Shown here: positions 46,201 to 55,964 of the stretch, piece after piece | Layout of the letters: each line of letters begins with the position of its first letter | Position numbering within the stretch: position 1 is the first letter of the stretch | Assembly: GCA_947474855.1 (NCBI GenBank) | Contig: CANJKV010000002.1 | Span: 20,292-84,291, forward strand | Origin: Aurantimonadaceae bacterium | GTDB lineage: Bacteria; Pseudomonadota; Alphaproteobacteria; Rhizobiales; Rhizobiaceae | Reading direction: 5' to 3' | Length of the DNA stretch: 64,000 bases | Translations under genes and position numbers: made by a program | Notes under the pieces: generated by a model | The model's database searches: none | Told to the model about the DNA's origin: nothing | Seen by the model: only the letters and a program-made list of their open reading frames with translations

Positions 46201-46415
46201 TACCCGCCGTGCCATACTGATACACAATCAACCGAACCTCATGGCCCGGCGCCGTCAGCTCGCATCAAGAAAAAGAACCGCCCATCCGCAACCGACGCTT
46301 CGCTGTCGTTCATGGCTGAGCTTCTTGCTCCTGCAAGCCTCGATTGGCGCACGGTCTGATAGGGAGAGGCACGTGTCGCCGATGGCGACAAGAAAGCGGA
46401 CACGATCGTCCACTT

Positions 46416-46444
46416 GACAATCGGACAGGAGTGTCCAGATTGTC
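46416..46444. promoter_or_regulatory. Candidate TetR operator palindrome overlapping a TTGACA -35
   Basis: gacaatcggaca-ggag-tgtccagattgtc is a near-perfect inverted repeat immediately upstream of the tetR start. A ttgaca lies at 46414-46419. Confidence 0.45.
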
Positions 46445-46447
46445 GCC

Positions 46448-47011
46448 ATGCTCAAGCTTCGTACCGATGCCGCCCAGAACCGGGCCGACATCCTGTTCGC
46501 CGCCGACAGGGTCTTCGTCGAACACGGCGTCACCGCCCCGCTCGACCTCGTCTGCAAGGAAGCGGGCGTCGGGCGCGCCACGCTCTACCGCAACTTTCCC
46601 GACCGCCACGCCCTCCTCGTCGCCCTCCTGGAGGGCTCCATCGACGAGATGGAGGAGAAGGCAGTGTCGCTCGGCGAGGCGACGGATGCCCTCTTCGAAC
46701 TCCTGCAATTTCAGGCCGAGCACATCAGCGCCCGGGCCTCGCTCGCCGACTACTGGCGCGTCGTGGACCGGGAAGCCCCCGAAATCCGCCATGCGCGCGA
46801 GCGCATCCAGACGATCGTCCAACCCCATCTCAAGCGGGCGGCAAGCGCCGGCCTCTGCCGCGACGACCTCACCGCCGAGGACATCTCACTCCTGATCAGC
46901 ATGCTCGGGGCGGCGCTGCGGGGCCGCACGCCCGAGGAGCGCTCCAGGCTTGGACTTCGCGCGCTCGACCTCCTGGTGGAGGGCCTCGGGCCACGGGCGC
47001 CGCGCCCGTGA
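46448..47011 (+). CDS. TetR-family transcriptional regulator
   Basis: 'RADILFAADRVFVEHGVTAPLDLVCKEAGVGRATLYRNFPDRHALL' is the TetR HTH. Confidence 0.9.
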   Translation: MLKLRTDAAQNRADILFAADRVFVEHGVTAPLDLVCKEAGVGRATLYRNFPDRHALLVALLEGSIDEMEEKAVSLGEATDALFELLQFQAEHISARASLADYWRVVDREAPEIRHARERIQTIVQPHLKRAASAGLCRDDLTAEDISLLISMLGAALRGRTPEERSRLGLRALDLLVEGLGPRAPRP

Positions 47012-48675
47012 GCCAGCCCGTCTATCTCGAGCCGCCGCCGAACTGGACGCCCGAGGAGCGCCCGACGCTCCCGGGCTCGCCGGGCACTCCCTACCACCGG
47101 CCCATCGTGCGAGCGGCCTACGCGGCTGTCGGCGTGCTTGTCGGCATCACCGGCGGACTCGGCAGCGCGCTCGTCTCGGCCAACCTGCCGCAGATCCAGG
47201 GTGAACTCGGCCTCACCCCATCCGAAGGCGCTTGGCTCCCGGCCGTCTACGTGATGGTCAACGTCTCGTCGAACCTCGTCCTGTTCAAGGCGCGTCAGCA
47301 GTACGGCATCCGCCGCTTCGCCGAGATCGGGATGCTCGCCTACGTGCTGGTCACGCTCCTGCACGTCCTCGCCGACGATTATTCGACGGCCCTCTTCGCC
47401 CGCGCCGTCAGCGGCTTCGCCGCCGCCCCCATGAGCTCGCTCGGACTCTACTACGTTCTGCAAGCCTTTCCGAAAGCCAAGATGGGCGCCGGCCTGTGCA
47501 TCGGCCTGACGCTCGCGCAGCTTGCCACGCCGCTCGCCTGGCTCGCCTCGCCCGCACTTCTCGACATCGGCGACTGGCGTGGGCTCTACCTCTTCGAGCT
47601 CGGCATGGCTCTCTGCTGCATGGCGGCGGTCGTCGTCCTGAAGCTGCCGCCGGGCATGCGCATCCGCGTCATCGAACCGCTCGACTTCGTGACCTTCCTG
47701 CTCGTGGCGCCTGCCGTGGCGCTCGTCGGCGCGGTCCTGGCGCAGGGGCGGATCCAGTGGTGGCCCGACCAGCCTTGGATGGCTTGGGCGCTGGTCGCGG
47801 CCTTCCTCCTCTTCCTTCTCGCCGGCTTCGTCGAGCATCACCGCGAGCAGCCGCTCATCCAGACCCGCTGGCTCGGCAGCGCCGATGTGGCGCGTTTCAT
47901 GCTCGGGGCGCTCGGCATCCGCCTTCTCCTGTCCGAGCAAACATTTGCCGCCACGGGTCTGATGCGCACGCTCGGCATGGGGCCGGACCAGCTCGGAGGC
48001 CTCTACGCCGTCATGATGGCGGGAACGCTCGCCGGCGCCGTCCTCGCGGCCCTCCTGTTCGATCCGAAGCGCCTGACGGGACTCGTGATCGCCTCCGTCG
48101 TCCTGATCGTCCTCGGCGGGCTCCTCGACAAGGAGGCGACGAGCCTCACCCGCCCGCACGACCTTCTCGCCAGCCAGTTCCTCGTATCCTGCGCGGCCGG
48201 CATGTTCATGGGACCGCTTCTCATCCAGGCGTTCATCCCCGTTCTGATGAAGGGCACGGACTACGTGATCACCTTCGTCATCCTGTTTTCCGTGTCGCAG
48301 AGCATGGGCGGGCTTCTCGGCCCCGCCATCTACGGCACGTTCCAGCAATACCGCGAGCACGAGTACTCCGCCCAGATCGTCGCCCGCGTCGACCCGACGG
48401 ACCCGGTCGTGGCCCAGCGCCTTCAGCTCCAAGGCCAGGTCTACGCGCGGGTGGTGACAGACCCGGCCCTGCGCAGCGCGCAGGGCGTGGCGCTCCTGTC
48501 GCAGAGCGCCACCCGCGAGGCGAGCGTGCGCGCCTACAACGACGTCGTCGTCCTCAACACGATCCTGGCGCTCGCCTTTCTGGCGTGGTCGCTCCTCGGC
48601 GCGCTGGCCGCCGGCGCGAGGAGGCGAGCCGCGGCCCGGACGACGGCTGCGCCCGCAGCACAAGGAGCGGCCTGA
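47008..48675 (+). CDS. MFS efflux transporter (EmrB/DHA2-like, many TM segments)
   Basis: The GTG start overlaps the tetR stop (GTGA). The protein is a long hydrophobic multi-TM protein located between tetR and the HlyD gene. Confidence 0.85.
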   Translation: MSQPVYLEPPPNWTPEERPTLPGSPGTPYHRPIVRAAYAAVGVLVGITGGLGSALVSANLPQIQGELGLTPSEGAWLPAVYVMVNVSSNLVLFKARQQYGIRRFAEIGMLAYVLVTLLHVLADDYSTALFARAVSGFAAAPMSSLGLYYVLQAFPKAKMGAGLCIGLTLAQLATPLAWLASPALLDIGDWRGLYLFELGMALCCMAAVVVLKLPPGMRIRVIEPLDFVTFLLVAPAVALVGAVLAQGRIQWWPDQPWMAWALVAAFLLFLLAGFVEHHREQPLIQTRWLGSADVARFMLGALGIRLLLSEQTFAATGLMRTLGMGPDQLGGLYAVMMAGTLAGAVLAALLFDPKRLTGLVIASVVLIVLGGLLDKEATSLTRPHDLLASQFLVSCAAGMFMGPLLIQAFIPVLMKGTDYVITFVILFSVSQSMGGLLGPAIYGTFQQYREHEYSAQIVARVDPTDPVVAQRLQLQGQVYARVVTDPALRSAQGVALLSQSATREASVRAYNDVVVLNTILALAFLAWSLLGALAAGARRRAAARTTAAPAAQGAA

Positions 48676-48680
48676 CCCTC

Positions 48681-50024
48681 ATGGACGCCATGAACAGACG
48701 CATCGATGACGAGCCAATAGCCGACGAGACGGGCGAAGAGGCTCGCGAGGCGGCGGCAGAGCGGAACCTGATGCCCGCAGAGGACCCGAAGACCCTCGCC
48801 ACCGACGCCGCCCCGCTGGAAGCCCGCCAGGCCGCGCCGGCCGCGCCGGGCAGCTATGCGCCCACGGTCACGCAGGCGCCCCTGCCTCCACCCCAGCCCG
48901 ATGCAGGCCCGCCAAAGAAGCTGAAGCCGAAGCTTTCCACGGTTCTCCTGATGATTGTCTTCGCGCTCGTCGGTGTCGGCGTCATCCTCTACGCCTGGCG
49001 CCTGCCGCCCTTCGCGACCACGCTCGTCACTACCGAGAACAGCTACGTGCGCGGGCAGATCACCGTTCTTTCGCCGCAGGTGAACGGCTACGTCGCCGAC
49101 GTTCTCGTTCACGACTACCAAATGGTGAGGGCGGGCGACCCCCTCGTGCGCATCGACGAGCGCATCTACGCCCAGCAACTCGAGCAGGCGCAAGCCGGCC
49201 GCGAGGAGGCCATCGCCAACCTCGCCAACGCCGACCAGACGACGGCTCAGAACCGCGCCGAGATCGCGGCGCGGCAGGCCGATCTCTTCCAGGCGCGTGC
49301 CGAGCTCGAGCGCGCCCGAGCTGACCGCGAGCGGGCCGCCACCCTTGCCCGCCAAGGTCTCAAGACGCGGGCCGAGGACGACCAGGTGGAGGCGACGTTG
49401 CGCTCGGCGCAGGCTGGCGTGAAGCGGGCAGAGGCGGCGATCGTCATCGCCGAGGAAACGCTGCGCGGGACCGAAGTGTCACGCAAGGGCCTGGAGGCGG
49501 CGGTGCGCACGGCGGACGCTCAGGTCCATCTGGCGGAGATCAACCTCGCCAACACGGTGATCCGCGCGCCGCGCGACGGGCAGGTGAGTGAGGCGAGCGT
49601 GCGGCCGGGACAGTACGTGTCGGCGGGCTCGCAACTGATGTTCCTGGTTCCCGACGCGCTCTGGGTGGTGGCGAACTTCAAGGAAACGCAGACCCACTAT
49701 GTCGGCGTCGGGCAGCGGGCTACCTTCACGGTCGACGCGCTCGGCGGCCGGCGCTTCACCGGGATGGTGGTTGATCTCGCGCCGGCGACGGGCTCGGAGT
49801 TCAGCGTTCTTCGGGCGGACAACGCCAGCGGCAACTTCACCAAGGTCGTCCAGCGCTTGCCGGTGCGCATCGCGATCGATCCAGGCCAGGCGGAGGCCGA
49901 GCGGCTGCGCCCCGGCCTGTCGGTCGTCGCCGAGGTCGACACCAGCAACCTCGCGCCAGAGCCGACCAACTGGCTGGCCGAGTTCAAGCTGCCGGAGACG
50001 ATTAGGGCATGGATCGTGTCCTGA
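48681..50024 (+). CDS. HlyD/EmrA-family membrane fusion protein
   Basis: There is a single N-terminal TM segment, 'VRGQITVLSPQVNGYVADVLVHDYQMVRAGDPLVRID', a coiled-coil stretch, 'IRAPRDGQVSE' and 'NFTKVVQRLPVRI'. Confidence 0.9.
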   Translation: MDAMNRRIDDEPIADETGEEAREAAAERNLMPAEDPKTLATDAAPLEARQAAPAAPGSYAPTVTQAPLPPPQPDAGPPKKLKPKLSTVLLMIVFALVGVGVILYAWRLPPFATTLVTTENSYVRGQITVLSPQVNGYVADVLVHDYQMVRAGDPLVRIDERIYAQQLEQAQAGREEAIANLANADQTTAQNRAEIAARQADLFQARAELERARADRERAATLARQGLKTRAEDDQVEATLRSAQAGVKRAEAAIVIAEETLRGTEVSRKGLEAAVRTADAQVHLAEINLANTVIRAPRDGQVSEASVRPGQYVSAGSQLMFLVPDALWVVANFKETQTHYVGVGQRATFTVDALGGRRFTGMVVDLAPATGSEFSVLRADNASGNFTKVVQRLPVRIAIDPGQAEAERLRPGLSVVAEVDTSNLAPEPTNWLAEFKLPETIRAWIVS

Positions 50025-50216
50025 AGGGATCGGCTCACACACCGCGAGCCTGTTGGCGTCACGCCGTGCCTACAAGGCCCCTGCATGTCGGAGGACGCCA
50101 CATAGAATGTTCTGTCGCCCTCGCGCTCCCCATGCGATGTGCATGGCAGATCCAGCACACGCTGAGGCGAGTTGCGCAAGCGAGTTCGGATGTCGCGTCT
50201 CGCAAGCATACAGCCA

Positions 50217-50345
50217 AAAGAAAAACGCCCGCCGGGAAAGGACTGGCAGGCGCTGAAATTGTTCCCCTTGGCTGGAAGGAGGATGCCTCAGGGCGTTTCG
50301 CATTGGGCTAAGAGGAGGAGAATCCCGCCGCGAGTAGTGAGATAT
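50217..50345 (-). ncRNA. CCUCCUCCC-motif sRNA (alpha-r14 / 'cuckoo' / CcsR-like), copy 2 (diverged)
   Basis: It aligns over its whole length with 24091-24215 (roughly four-fifths identical by eye). The loops read CUCCUCCUC and CCUCCUUCC. The terminator is gccugcc...ggcgggcguuuuu. Confidence 0.5.
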
Positions 50346-50495
50346 TTCTACGCCAATCTTGTGCGGCCTCGAAGAATACTTCGCATGACAGCATCGCCAG
50401 CGTGGCAGATCTCCGCGCGATTTCGTCGGCCGGACTGTGGGAACGCTCATCGCTCGTTCGACTTCCTACCGGACAGACGATCAGGAGGGTGTCAT

Positions 50496-50702
50496 GTGAA
50501 CATACCGGGACAGCAGCCCGGTCAGGACCTGCCCGAGCCGACCATCCCTGGGCAGACCGGTGACGACGCGGTCGGCATTCCCGACGGCGTTCCGGGCGTT
50601 GGAAACGACATGCCGACGAAGCCGCTCGACCCGAACCCGGCGAACGAGCCGGACCCGACTACGCCATCACCCGCAATCCCGGGCGTCCCTGGCAATCTCT
50701 AG
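50496..50702 (+). CDS. Small proline-rich hypothetical protein (68 aa)
   Basis: A GTG lies 6 nt after AGGAGGG. The sequence has low-complexity P/G/D-rich composition, so coding status is uncertain. Confidence 0.3.
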   Translation: MNIPGQQPGQDLPEPTIPGQTGDDAVGIPDGVPGVGNDMPTKPLDPNPANEPDPTTPSPAIPGVPGNL

Positions 50703-50798
50703 CCGATCGACTCTGAGTGTCTCTCCGAGTGTAGGCACTTTCGAAATTCGCCTTTTCGCTCTGGTCTGTGACCCTCAAGGAACTGGGATGGATACCCG

Positions 50799-50918
50799 AT
50801 GGCGACACCAACGCAGAAGGCCAAAGGCATCCGCTGGCTCTACATCGCAGTCGCCCTGATCGTCGTGCTCGGCTTGGCCTACTGGCTGACGAGCTCCAAC
50901 TCAGCACCAACCGTCTAA
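50799..50918 (+). CDS. 39-aa single-TM mini-ORF whose TAA stop is the IS target site
   Basis: The sequence is MATPTQKAKGIRWLYIAVALIVVLGLAYWLTSSNSAPTV*. The ORF is below the track's size cut-off, and its composition is membrane-helix-like. Confidence 0.3.
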   Translation: MATPTQKAKGIRWLYIAVALIVVLGLAYWLTSSNSAPTV

Positions 50919-51769
50919 GAGCGTCTAACAAAACGTCGGTTTGCGCGTTGTGAGGGGATGGCACGCCCTCTTCTTCCTGACGGTCTCTGGACCGCGATCG
51001 AACCGCTTCTGCCGCCTGAGCCGCCCAAGCCCAACGGCGGACGCCCTCGCGTGTCGGACCGGGCGGCCCTGACCGGCATACTGTTCGTGCTGCGCTCGGG
51101 AACGCCATGGGAGCTTCTGCCGCGCGAGATGGGCTGCGGCTCGGGCATGACGTGTTGGCGCCGACTGCGCGATTGGCAGGAGGCAGGTGTCTGGGACAGG
51201 CTCCAAAAGGTGCTGCTGGATCGTCTCGGCCGACGCAACGCCATCAACTTCAGCCGCGCCGCGCTCGACAGCGCCTCGATCGCGGCCAAAAAGGGGGCGC
51301 GCAGACGGGGCCGAACCCGACGGATCGCGCCAAGCCCGGTACCAAGCGCCACATTATCACCGACGCGCAAGGCATCCCGCTCGCGGTGAGGCTGACGGGC
51401 GCCAACGTCCACGACAGCCGCATGATCGAGGAGATGGTCGATGCCGTGCCTGCCATCCGCCAGTGCTGGGGGCCACCTCGCCGCCGCCCGGCCAAGCTCC
51501 ATGCCGACAAGGCCTACGACCATCGCCGCTGCCGGCAGGCGCTGACCGTCCGCCACATCCAGCACCGCATCGCCCGGCGCGGCATCGAGAGCAGCCAGCG
51601 CCTGGGACGCCACAGGTGGGTGGTCGAGCGCAGCCTCGCTTGGCTGGCCCAGTTCCGACGGCTCGCCATCCGCTACGAACGCCGGGCCGACATCCACCTC
51701 GCACTCACCACCCTTGCAGCCGCCCTCATCACTTGGCGCTTCGTCGCAAAATGGTTCTGTTAGAAGCTC
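50919..51769 (+). mobile_element. Intact IS5-family (IS427-group) insertion sequence
   Basis: The ends are imperfect inverted repeats, gagcgtctaacaaaac... and ...gttctgttagaagctc. TAA is present on both flanks (50916-50918 and 51770-51772). It contains the two-frame transposase. Confidence 0.8.
50958..51763 (+). CDS. IS5-family transposase, orfA/orfB joined by a -1 frameshift at the A5G5 run (about 51287-51296)
   Basis: orfA is 'MARPLLPDGLWTAIEPLLPPEPPKPNGGRPRVSDRAALTGILFVLRSGTPWELLP...IAAKKG'. orfB is 'KKGGAQTGPNPTDRAKPGTKRHIITDAQGIPLAV...LHADKAYD...RWVVERSLAWLAQFRRLAIRYERR...LITWRFVAKWFC'. Confidence 0.85.
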
Positions 51770-52657
51770 TAAGTGCCCCCGAGATCACCCCCGGTGGCCA
51801 CGACCACAAACTGAGCAGGCGCTGGGACGCTCAGCCAGACAACAACTCTCCCGCTATTTTGCGCCGCCTTCAGTTGCATGCAAGCGGCCATCGTAAGGTC
51901 CTGGAAGGATACGCCCCGGCAGGGTCAGGCCATGACCCATGAAGCATTCTCTTTGCGTCGCGGAGCCGCGGCTTCCGCCGATCCGGCCGAAACGAAGCCG
52001 CAGCGCGGCATTCGCTGCAGAGGTCATGGTCACGGGATGTGGGCCGAAGCCCGGCGAGGTGCATGGGAGGTGGAAGGCATGCTCGACGAAGAGCCTGGGC
52101 TTCTGATTCGACGCGTTGACGGCTGAAGCTGACGATGTTGTCGCGTGGAGGCAGCATCGATGCAAGGTATAGATGAACCTAAAGTGCATGTCGCGTTCAT
52201 CAACCTTCAAATATTTGACCCGCATTTCAAGACTCTCCGTCTCCAGACCTCTAGGTTTTGAGCATCTTCAGGTATCGTGAGCGAGATCAGGCTTTCTTTT
52301 CGCGACTGCCGGTTGACCTATGCTTTATGTCGAAGCCATAGAAGAGCTTGGATCACGTTAGCAAGGCCTCGCGCGATGCTCGAGATCACGGGCCTTGGTT
52401 GCGCTGTTGATCGGCAACGGATATCGGCCGATGCGAGGTCGATATCCTTAGCGTGTTACCACGCCGATCGGCGTCGAAGCTGTAAGCCGATCCACAGACA
52501 TCCCGCATCGGTGTTTTTCTGAACGCATGCTTGCAGGAGTGGCTCGCGGCACCTGGAGGCTTTTCTCCAACAAGCGGATAGGCAGAGCCTCCTGTCGGCC
52601 ATGTCGCCGATCGGGCCGGTGGTTCCGTCATCTGGGCTGCCGAGATCAGCCCGACGA

Positions 52658-53047
52658 TCAGCTCTGGATCTGAGCGGCGATGCCGTTGAGGGCCTTGATG
52701 ATCTGATCCGGAGGATAGGGCTTGGAGAAGAACAGGCCATTCTCCGGCATGTCGTCCTTGCCGACCTTCACCCGGCCCGACGTCACGAGGATCGTGACCG
52801 GCGGCCAGCGATCACGCACGGCGCGGGCGAGCTTCAGCCCGTCCATCGTGCCCGGCATCTCCACATCCGTGAACAGGACGCGGATGTCGGGATGACGCTC
52901 CATGAGGCGGATGGCCTCGTCTGCGTTCTTGGCCTCGTATGTTGTGAAGCCTGCCTCCTCGCACAGGTCGACAGCCTCGGCACGGACGAGTGCGTCGTCC
53001 TCGACGACCAAGACGGCGTAGCGGGCGGGGTTGAAGGACTGACCCAT
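52658..53047 (-). CDS. Single-domain response regulator (receiver)
   Basis: 'VLVVEDDALVR', 'VLFTDVEMPGTMDG' and 'ILVTSG...FSKPY' are present. Confidence 0.9.
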   Translation of the reverse strand: MGQSFNPARYAVLVVEDDALVRAEAVDLCEEAGFTTYEAKNADEAIRLMERHPDIRVLFTDVEMPGTMDGLKLARAVRDRWPPVTILVTSGRVKVGKDDMPENGLFFSKPYPPDQIIKALNGIAAQIQS

Positions 53048-53064
53048 GGAAGACCTTGTGAACC

Positions 53065-54897
53065 TCAGGCCGCGACCGGAGCGCTGTGGGAGGCGCTCGT
53101 CAGCGTGAACTCGATCCCGGACGGGTTAAAATCGATGACGCCGCTCCCGTCGAAGTAGGAGGCGACGATCCGCTCGATCAGTTTCGATCCGAAGCCGCGG
53201 CTGCGCGGCTGCGCAACAACGGGGCCGCCCGTTTCGATCCAGCGGAACGTAAACGTGCCGTCCACGACGCCCCAGGACATGGCGACACGACCCGTCTCGT
53301 TCGAGAGGGCGCCATACTTTGCCGCGTTGGTCGCCAGCTCGTGAATGGCGAGCGACAGTCCGAGCGCCTGCTGGCCTGTCAGGATCATCGACGGACCGGA
53401 CCAGGTGACGCGCTCGTCCGCGACGTGGTGGGGGCTGATCGCCGCCTCCACGACCTCCCGGATATCGGCTCCGGTGAAGTTCGAGCGCGTCAGGATGTCC
53501 TGAGCCCGGCCGAGCGCGGTGAGCCGTTGAGAGACCACCAGACGCCCTTCTTCCATCGACACGGCCTGGCGCAGCGTCTGGGAGGTGATGGCCTGCACCA
53601 TGGCGAAGGCGTTCTTCATCCGGTGGGCCAGCTCCTGCGCCAGAACCGCCCGCGCCTCCTCGGACGCCTTCAGGGGCGTGATGTCCCGGGAAACGGACAG
53701 GATGCGCTCGGGCTTTCCGTCCGCGCCCATGATCGGCGACACCTGAACGTCCCAGTAGCGTCGGTTGCCCTTCATCGTGTCGGCGTAGCCCTGAAACGCC
53801 GCCGAGCGCCCCGCTTTCGCCGCGGCGACGGCTTCGAGGGCCTCGAGGTTGCCCTCCCCCTGCCAGAAGTCCGGCCAGGGGCATCCCGCGACATCGTTGA
53901 AGTCCGAGACCTCCATCACCCGCATACCGCCCTCGCTCATGAAGACGAGCTTGGCATCGAGGTCGAGAACCTTGATGCAGTCGGTAGAGGAGGCGAGCAC
54001 GCTGCGCAGGAACTGCTCGCTCTCGCGCAGGCTCTCCACGGCACGGTCCCGCTCCGCCTCGATGGCGCGGCGTTCCTCGATGTCGATCAGGACGCCGGGA
54101 AAGCTCATGGGCGTGCCGTCGGGTGCGTGATCCACGCGGCCGTTGGCCTCGAGCCAGTAGTAGTTCCCGTCCGCGCGCCGCGTGCGGTACTGGTGCACAT
54201 AGGCGCCGCCCCGCGCGACTGCCTCGTTGATCGCCTTCGCCAAGCCGGCTTGGTCGTCGGGATGAACGGTGGCGACGATCTGGGCGAGCGGGATGCCCTC
54301 GCGCCCCAAGGCGGGATCGAGACCGAAGGCTTTGGCAAACGGCTCGTCGACGGTGAACTGATCCTTGGTCAGGTCCCAGAACCAGGTGCCGATGATGGCG
54401 CCGGCTGCTAGAGCCAATTGGACACGCTGAACGTTGGCCCGCGCGACGGCCTCGCTGGCGAGCAGCGCCGCCTCCGCGCTCTTGCGATGCGTCACGTCGT
54501 TGAAGAAGATCGCGATACGCCGATCGGCGGGGTCCCCGACACGGGTGGCGCGAACGTCGAACCATCGATTGAACGCCTCGGCGTAATTCTCGAAGTTCGC
54601 CGGCTCCCCCGTCGAGGCGACGCGACCATACGTCTCGAACCAGAAGGGGTCGAGGTTGGGGGCGAACTCGGTCACCCACTTGCCGTGCAGATCGACGCCT
54701 GCCTGACGTTCGAAGGCGGGATTGGCTTCGAGAAAGCGGTAGTCCACCGGACGGCTGCCCTCGAAGCGCACCTCCACGATCGCGAAAGCCGTATCGTCCG
54801 TGTCGAGGATCGTTCGGAAGCGTTCGTCCGACGCCCGCAGTCGGATGACCTCGGCTTCGAGTTCCTCGCGCGATAGCGCTGCGATTCCCTGGTTCAA
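53065..54897 (-). CDS. Multi-PAS sensor histidine kinase of the HWE/HisKA_2 type
   Basis: Several PAS-like repeats are followed by 'LAQELAHRMKNAFAMVQAITSQTLR' (the H-box of the HWE family) and 'AIHELATNAAKYGALS...GFGSKLIER'. Confidence 0.9.
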   Translation of the reverse strand: MNQGIAALSREELEAEVIRLRASDERFRTILDTDDTAFAIVEVRFEGSRPVDYRFLEANPAFERQAGVDLHGKWVTEFAPNLDPFWFETYGRVASTGEPANFENYAEAFNRWFDVRATRVGDPADRRIAIFFNDVTHRKSAEAALLASEAVARANVQRVQLALAAGAIIGTWFWDLTKDQFTVDEPFAKAFGLDPALGREGIPLAQIVATVHPDDQAGLAKAINEAVARGGAYVHQYRTRRADGNYYWLEANGRVDHAPDGTPMSFPGVLIDIEERRAIEAERDRAVESLRESEQFLRSVLASSTDCIKVLDLDAKLVFMSEGGMRVMEVSDFNDVAGCPWPDFWQGEGNLEALEAVAAAKAGRSAAFQGYADTMKGNRRYWDVQVSPIMGADGKPERILSVSRDITPLKASEEARAVLAQELAHRMKNAFAMVQAITSQTLRQAVSMEEGRLVVSQRLTALGRAQDILTRSNFTGADIREVVEAAISPHHVADERVTWSGPSMILTGQQALGLSLAIHELATNAAKYGALSNETGRVAMSWGVVDGTFTFRWIETGGPVVAQPRSRGFGSKLIERIVASYFDGSGVIDFNPSGIEFTLTSASHSAPVAA

Positions 54898-55346
54898 ATG
54901 ACGGCTTCTCTCACTGCTGCGGTCACAGGGTCCTCACGCGACAGGGCGCGCTGACGAGGATGGGCATCGAACGCACAAGCGGGGCCGAAAGCCGCTGCGC
55001 CGCCCGATGTCCGTTTTCGTCGCCCCTGGCAAGACGACGATCGGTTTTGTCTCTGGCTAACGATACCTAGCTCGAGAGCGCGAAAGTTCCACGGCTAAGG
55101 GGAGCCGGACGGCCAACTAGTTGCTCGCCCTGGCCTCTTCGGTTGCAGTTCGGCACCCCTCGCCCGACCGGGCTCAGCTTGTTCCTGCCTGCCGGCTGCG
55201 CGGTATCGGGCCACGCCGGCTATCCATTGGAGCACCAGCATATGGCCGGTTGCCGAACAGAGCCTTGGCTGCAAGGAAGCGCTTCCGCGACGGAGCCGGC
55301 TCGGTCGAGCCAGCCGGGCTTCGAGCAGTCGAGAGGTCGGTGCGGC

Positions 55347-55589
55347 ATGTACGTTCGTCGGTTCGAGCTTGCCCATCAGCGCGACAGCCCGGGTTCGGGT
55401 CCCGTCAACCTGGACCTCCGTGTCCTCAAGTTGATCGCCAACGGAGAGAGCTACGACGAGGCCGCCAGCATCCTCCAATTGGCGCCGGCTCGCATCCACG
55501 AAGCGATGGCTCGCATGCGCGAGGATTTCGGCGCTCACACCAACGAGCATGCCGTGGCCATCACGATCCGCTCCGGTCTCCTCGGCTAG
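55347..55589 (+). CDS. Small LuxR-type HTH protein
   Basis: 'DLRVLKLIANGESYDEAASILQLAPARIHEAMARMREDFGAHTNEHAVAITIRSGLL' is a LuxR/GerE C-terminal HTH. The start choice is uncertain. Confidence 0.55.
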   Translation: MYVRRFELAHQRDSPGSGPVNLDLRVLKLIANGESYDEAASILQLAPARIHEAMARMREDFGAHTNEHAVAITIRSGLLG

Positions 55590-55678
55590 ACGGCAGCCAC
55601 CACGCACGTCGCGGACAGGTGGAGCCAAGTCCCGCCGAGGTTTCGGATGGTGTCCTCTCCGATCGTTCGGCTTTCTAA

Positions 55679-55915
55679 GAGCACCTAACGAAGCCACTTC
55701 GCGACGAAGCGCTATGAAACAAGGGCCACGGCAGTGCTGGTGAGCGCGACGTGGATGCCGGTCAGGGTCACCCGGTCCGCAACACGGAGATGTCCGCCCT
55801 TGAGCTTGGGCAATTCGGGCGGCACAAGCGGTTCGATCGCGGCCCAGAGACCGTCCGGAAGAAGAGGGCGTGCCATCCTCTCACAACGTGCTAGCCGACT
55901 TTTTGTTAGGGGCTC
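55679..55915 (-). mobile_element. Internally deleted (MITE-like) derivative of the IS427-group element
   Basis: This 237-bp element retains both IS ends in inverted orientation: gagcacctaacgaagccacttcgcgacgaagcgc ... ggcgtgccatcctctcacaacgtgctagccgactttttgttaggggctc. It encodes only the first about 50 aa of orfA. Confidence 0.6.
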
Positions 55916-55964
55916 TCGAAGAAATCGTTTGCTGAAGGCGCCTCAGCCCACGCAATTGGCATCG

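Noticed and set aside
46414-50024. The N-terminal parts of the 753-aa (46414..48675) and 930-aa (47232..50024) ORFs, and the 637-aa antisense ORF.
   Set aside because: The upstream portions are Arg-rich shadow. The real genes start at 47008 (MFS) and 48681 (HlyD), judging from composition, TM content and family motifs.
51773-52657. ORFs between the intact IS and the receiver gene (51854..52225 minus, 51878..52126 plus, 52277..52522 plus, and others).
   Set aside because: They are short and mutually overlapping, with no motifs. The region includes an AT-rich patch and one copy of the 50-nt inverted repeat, so it was left unannotated.
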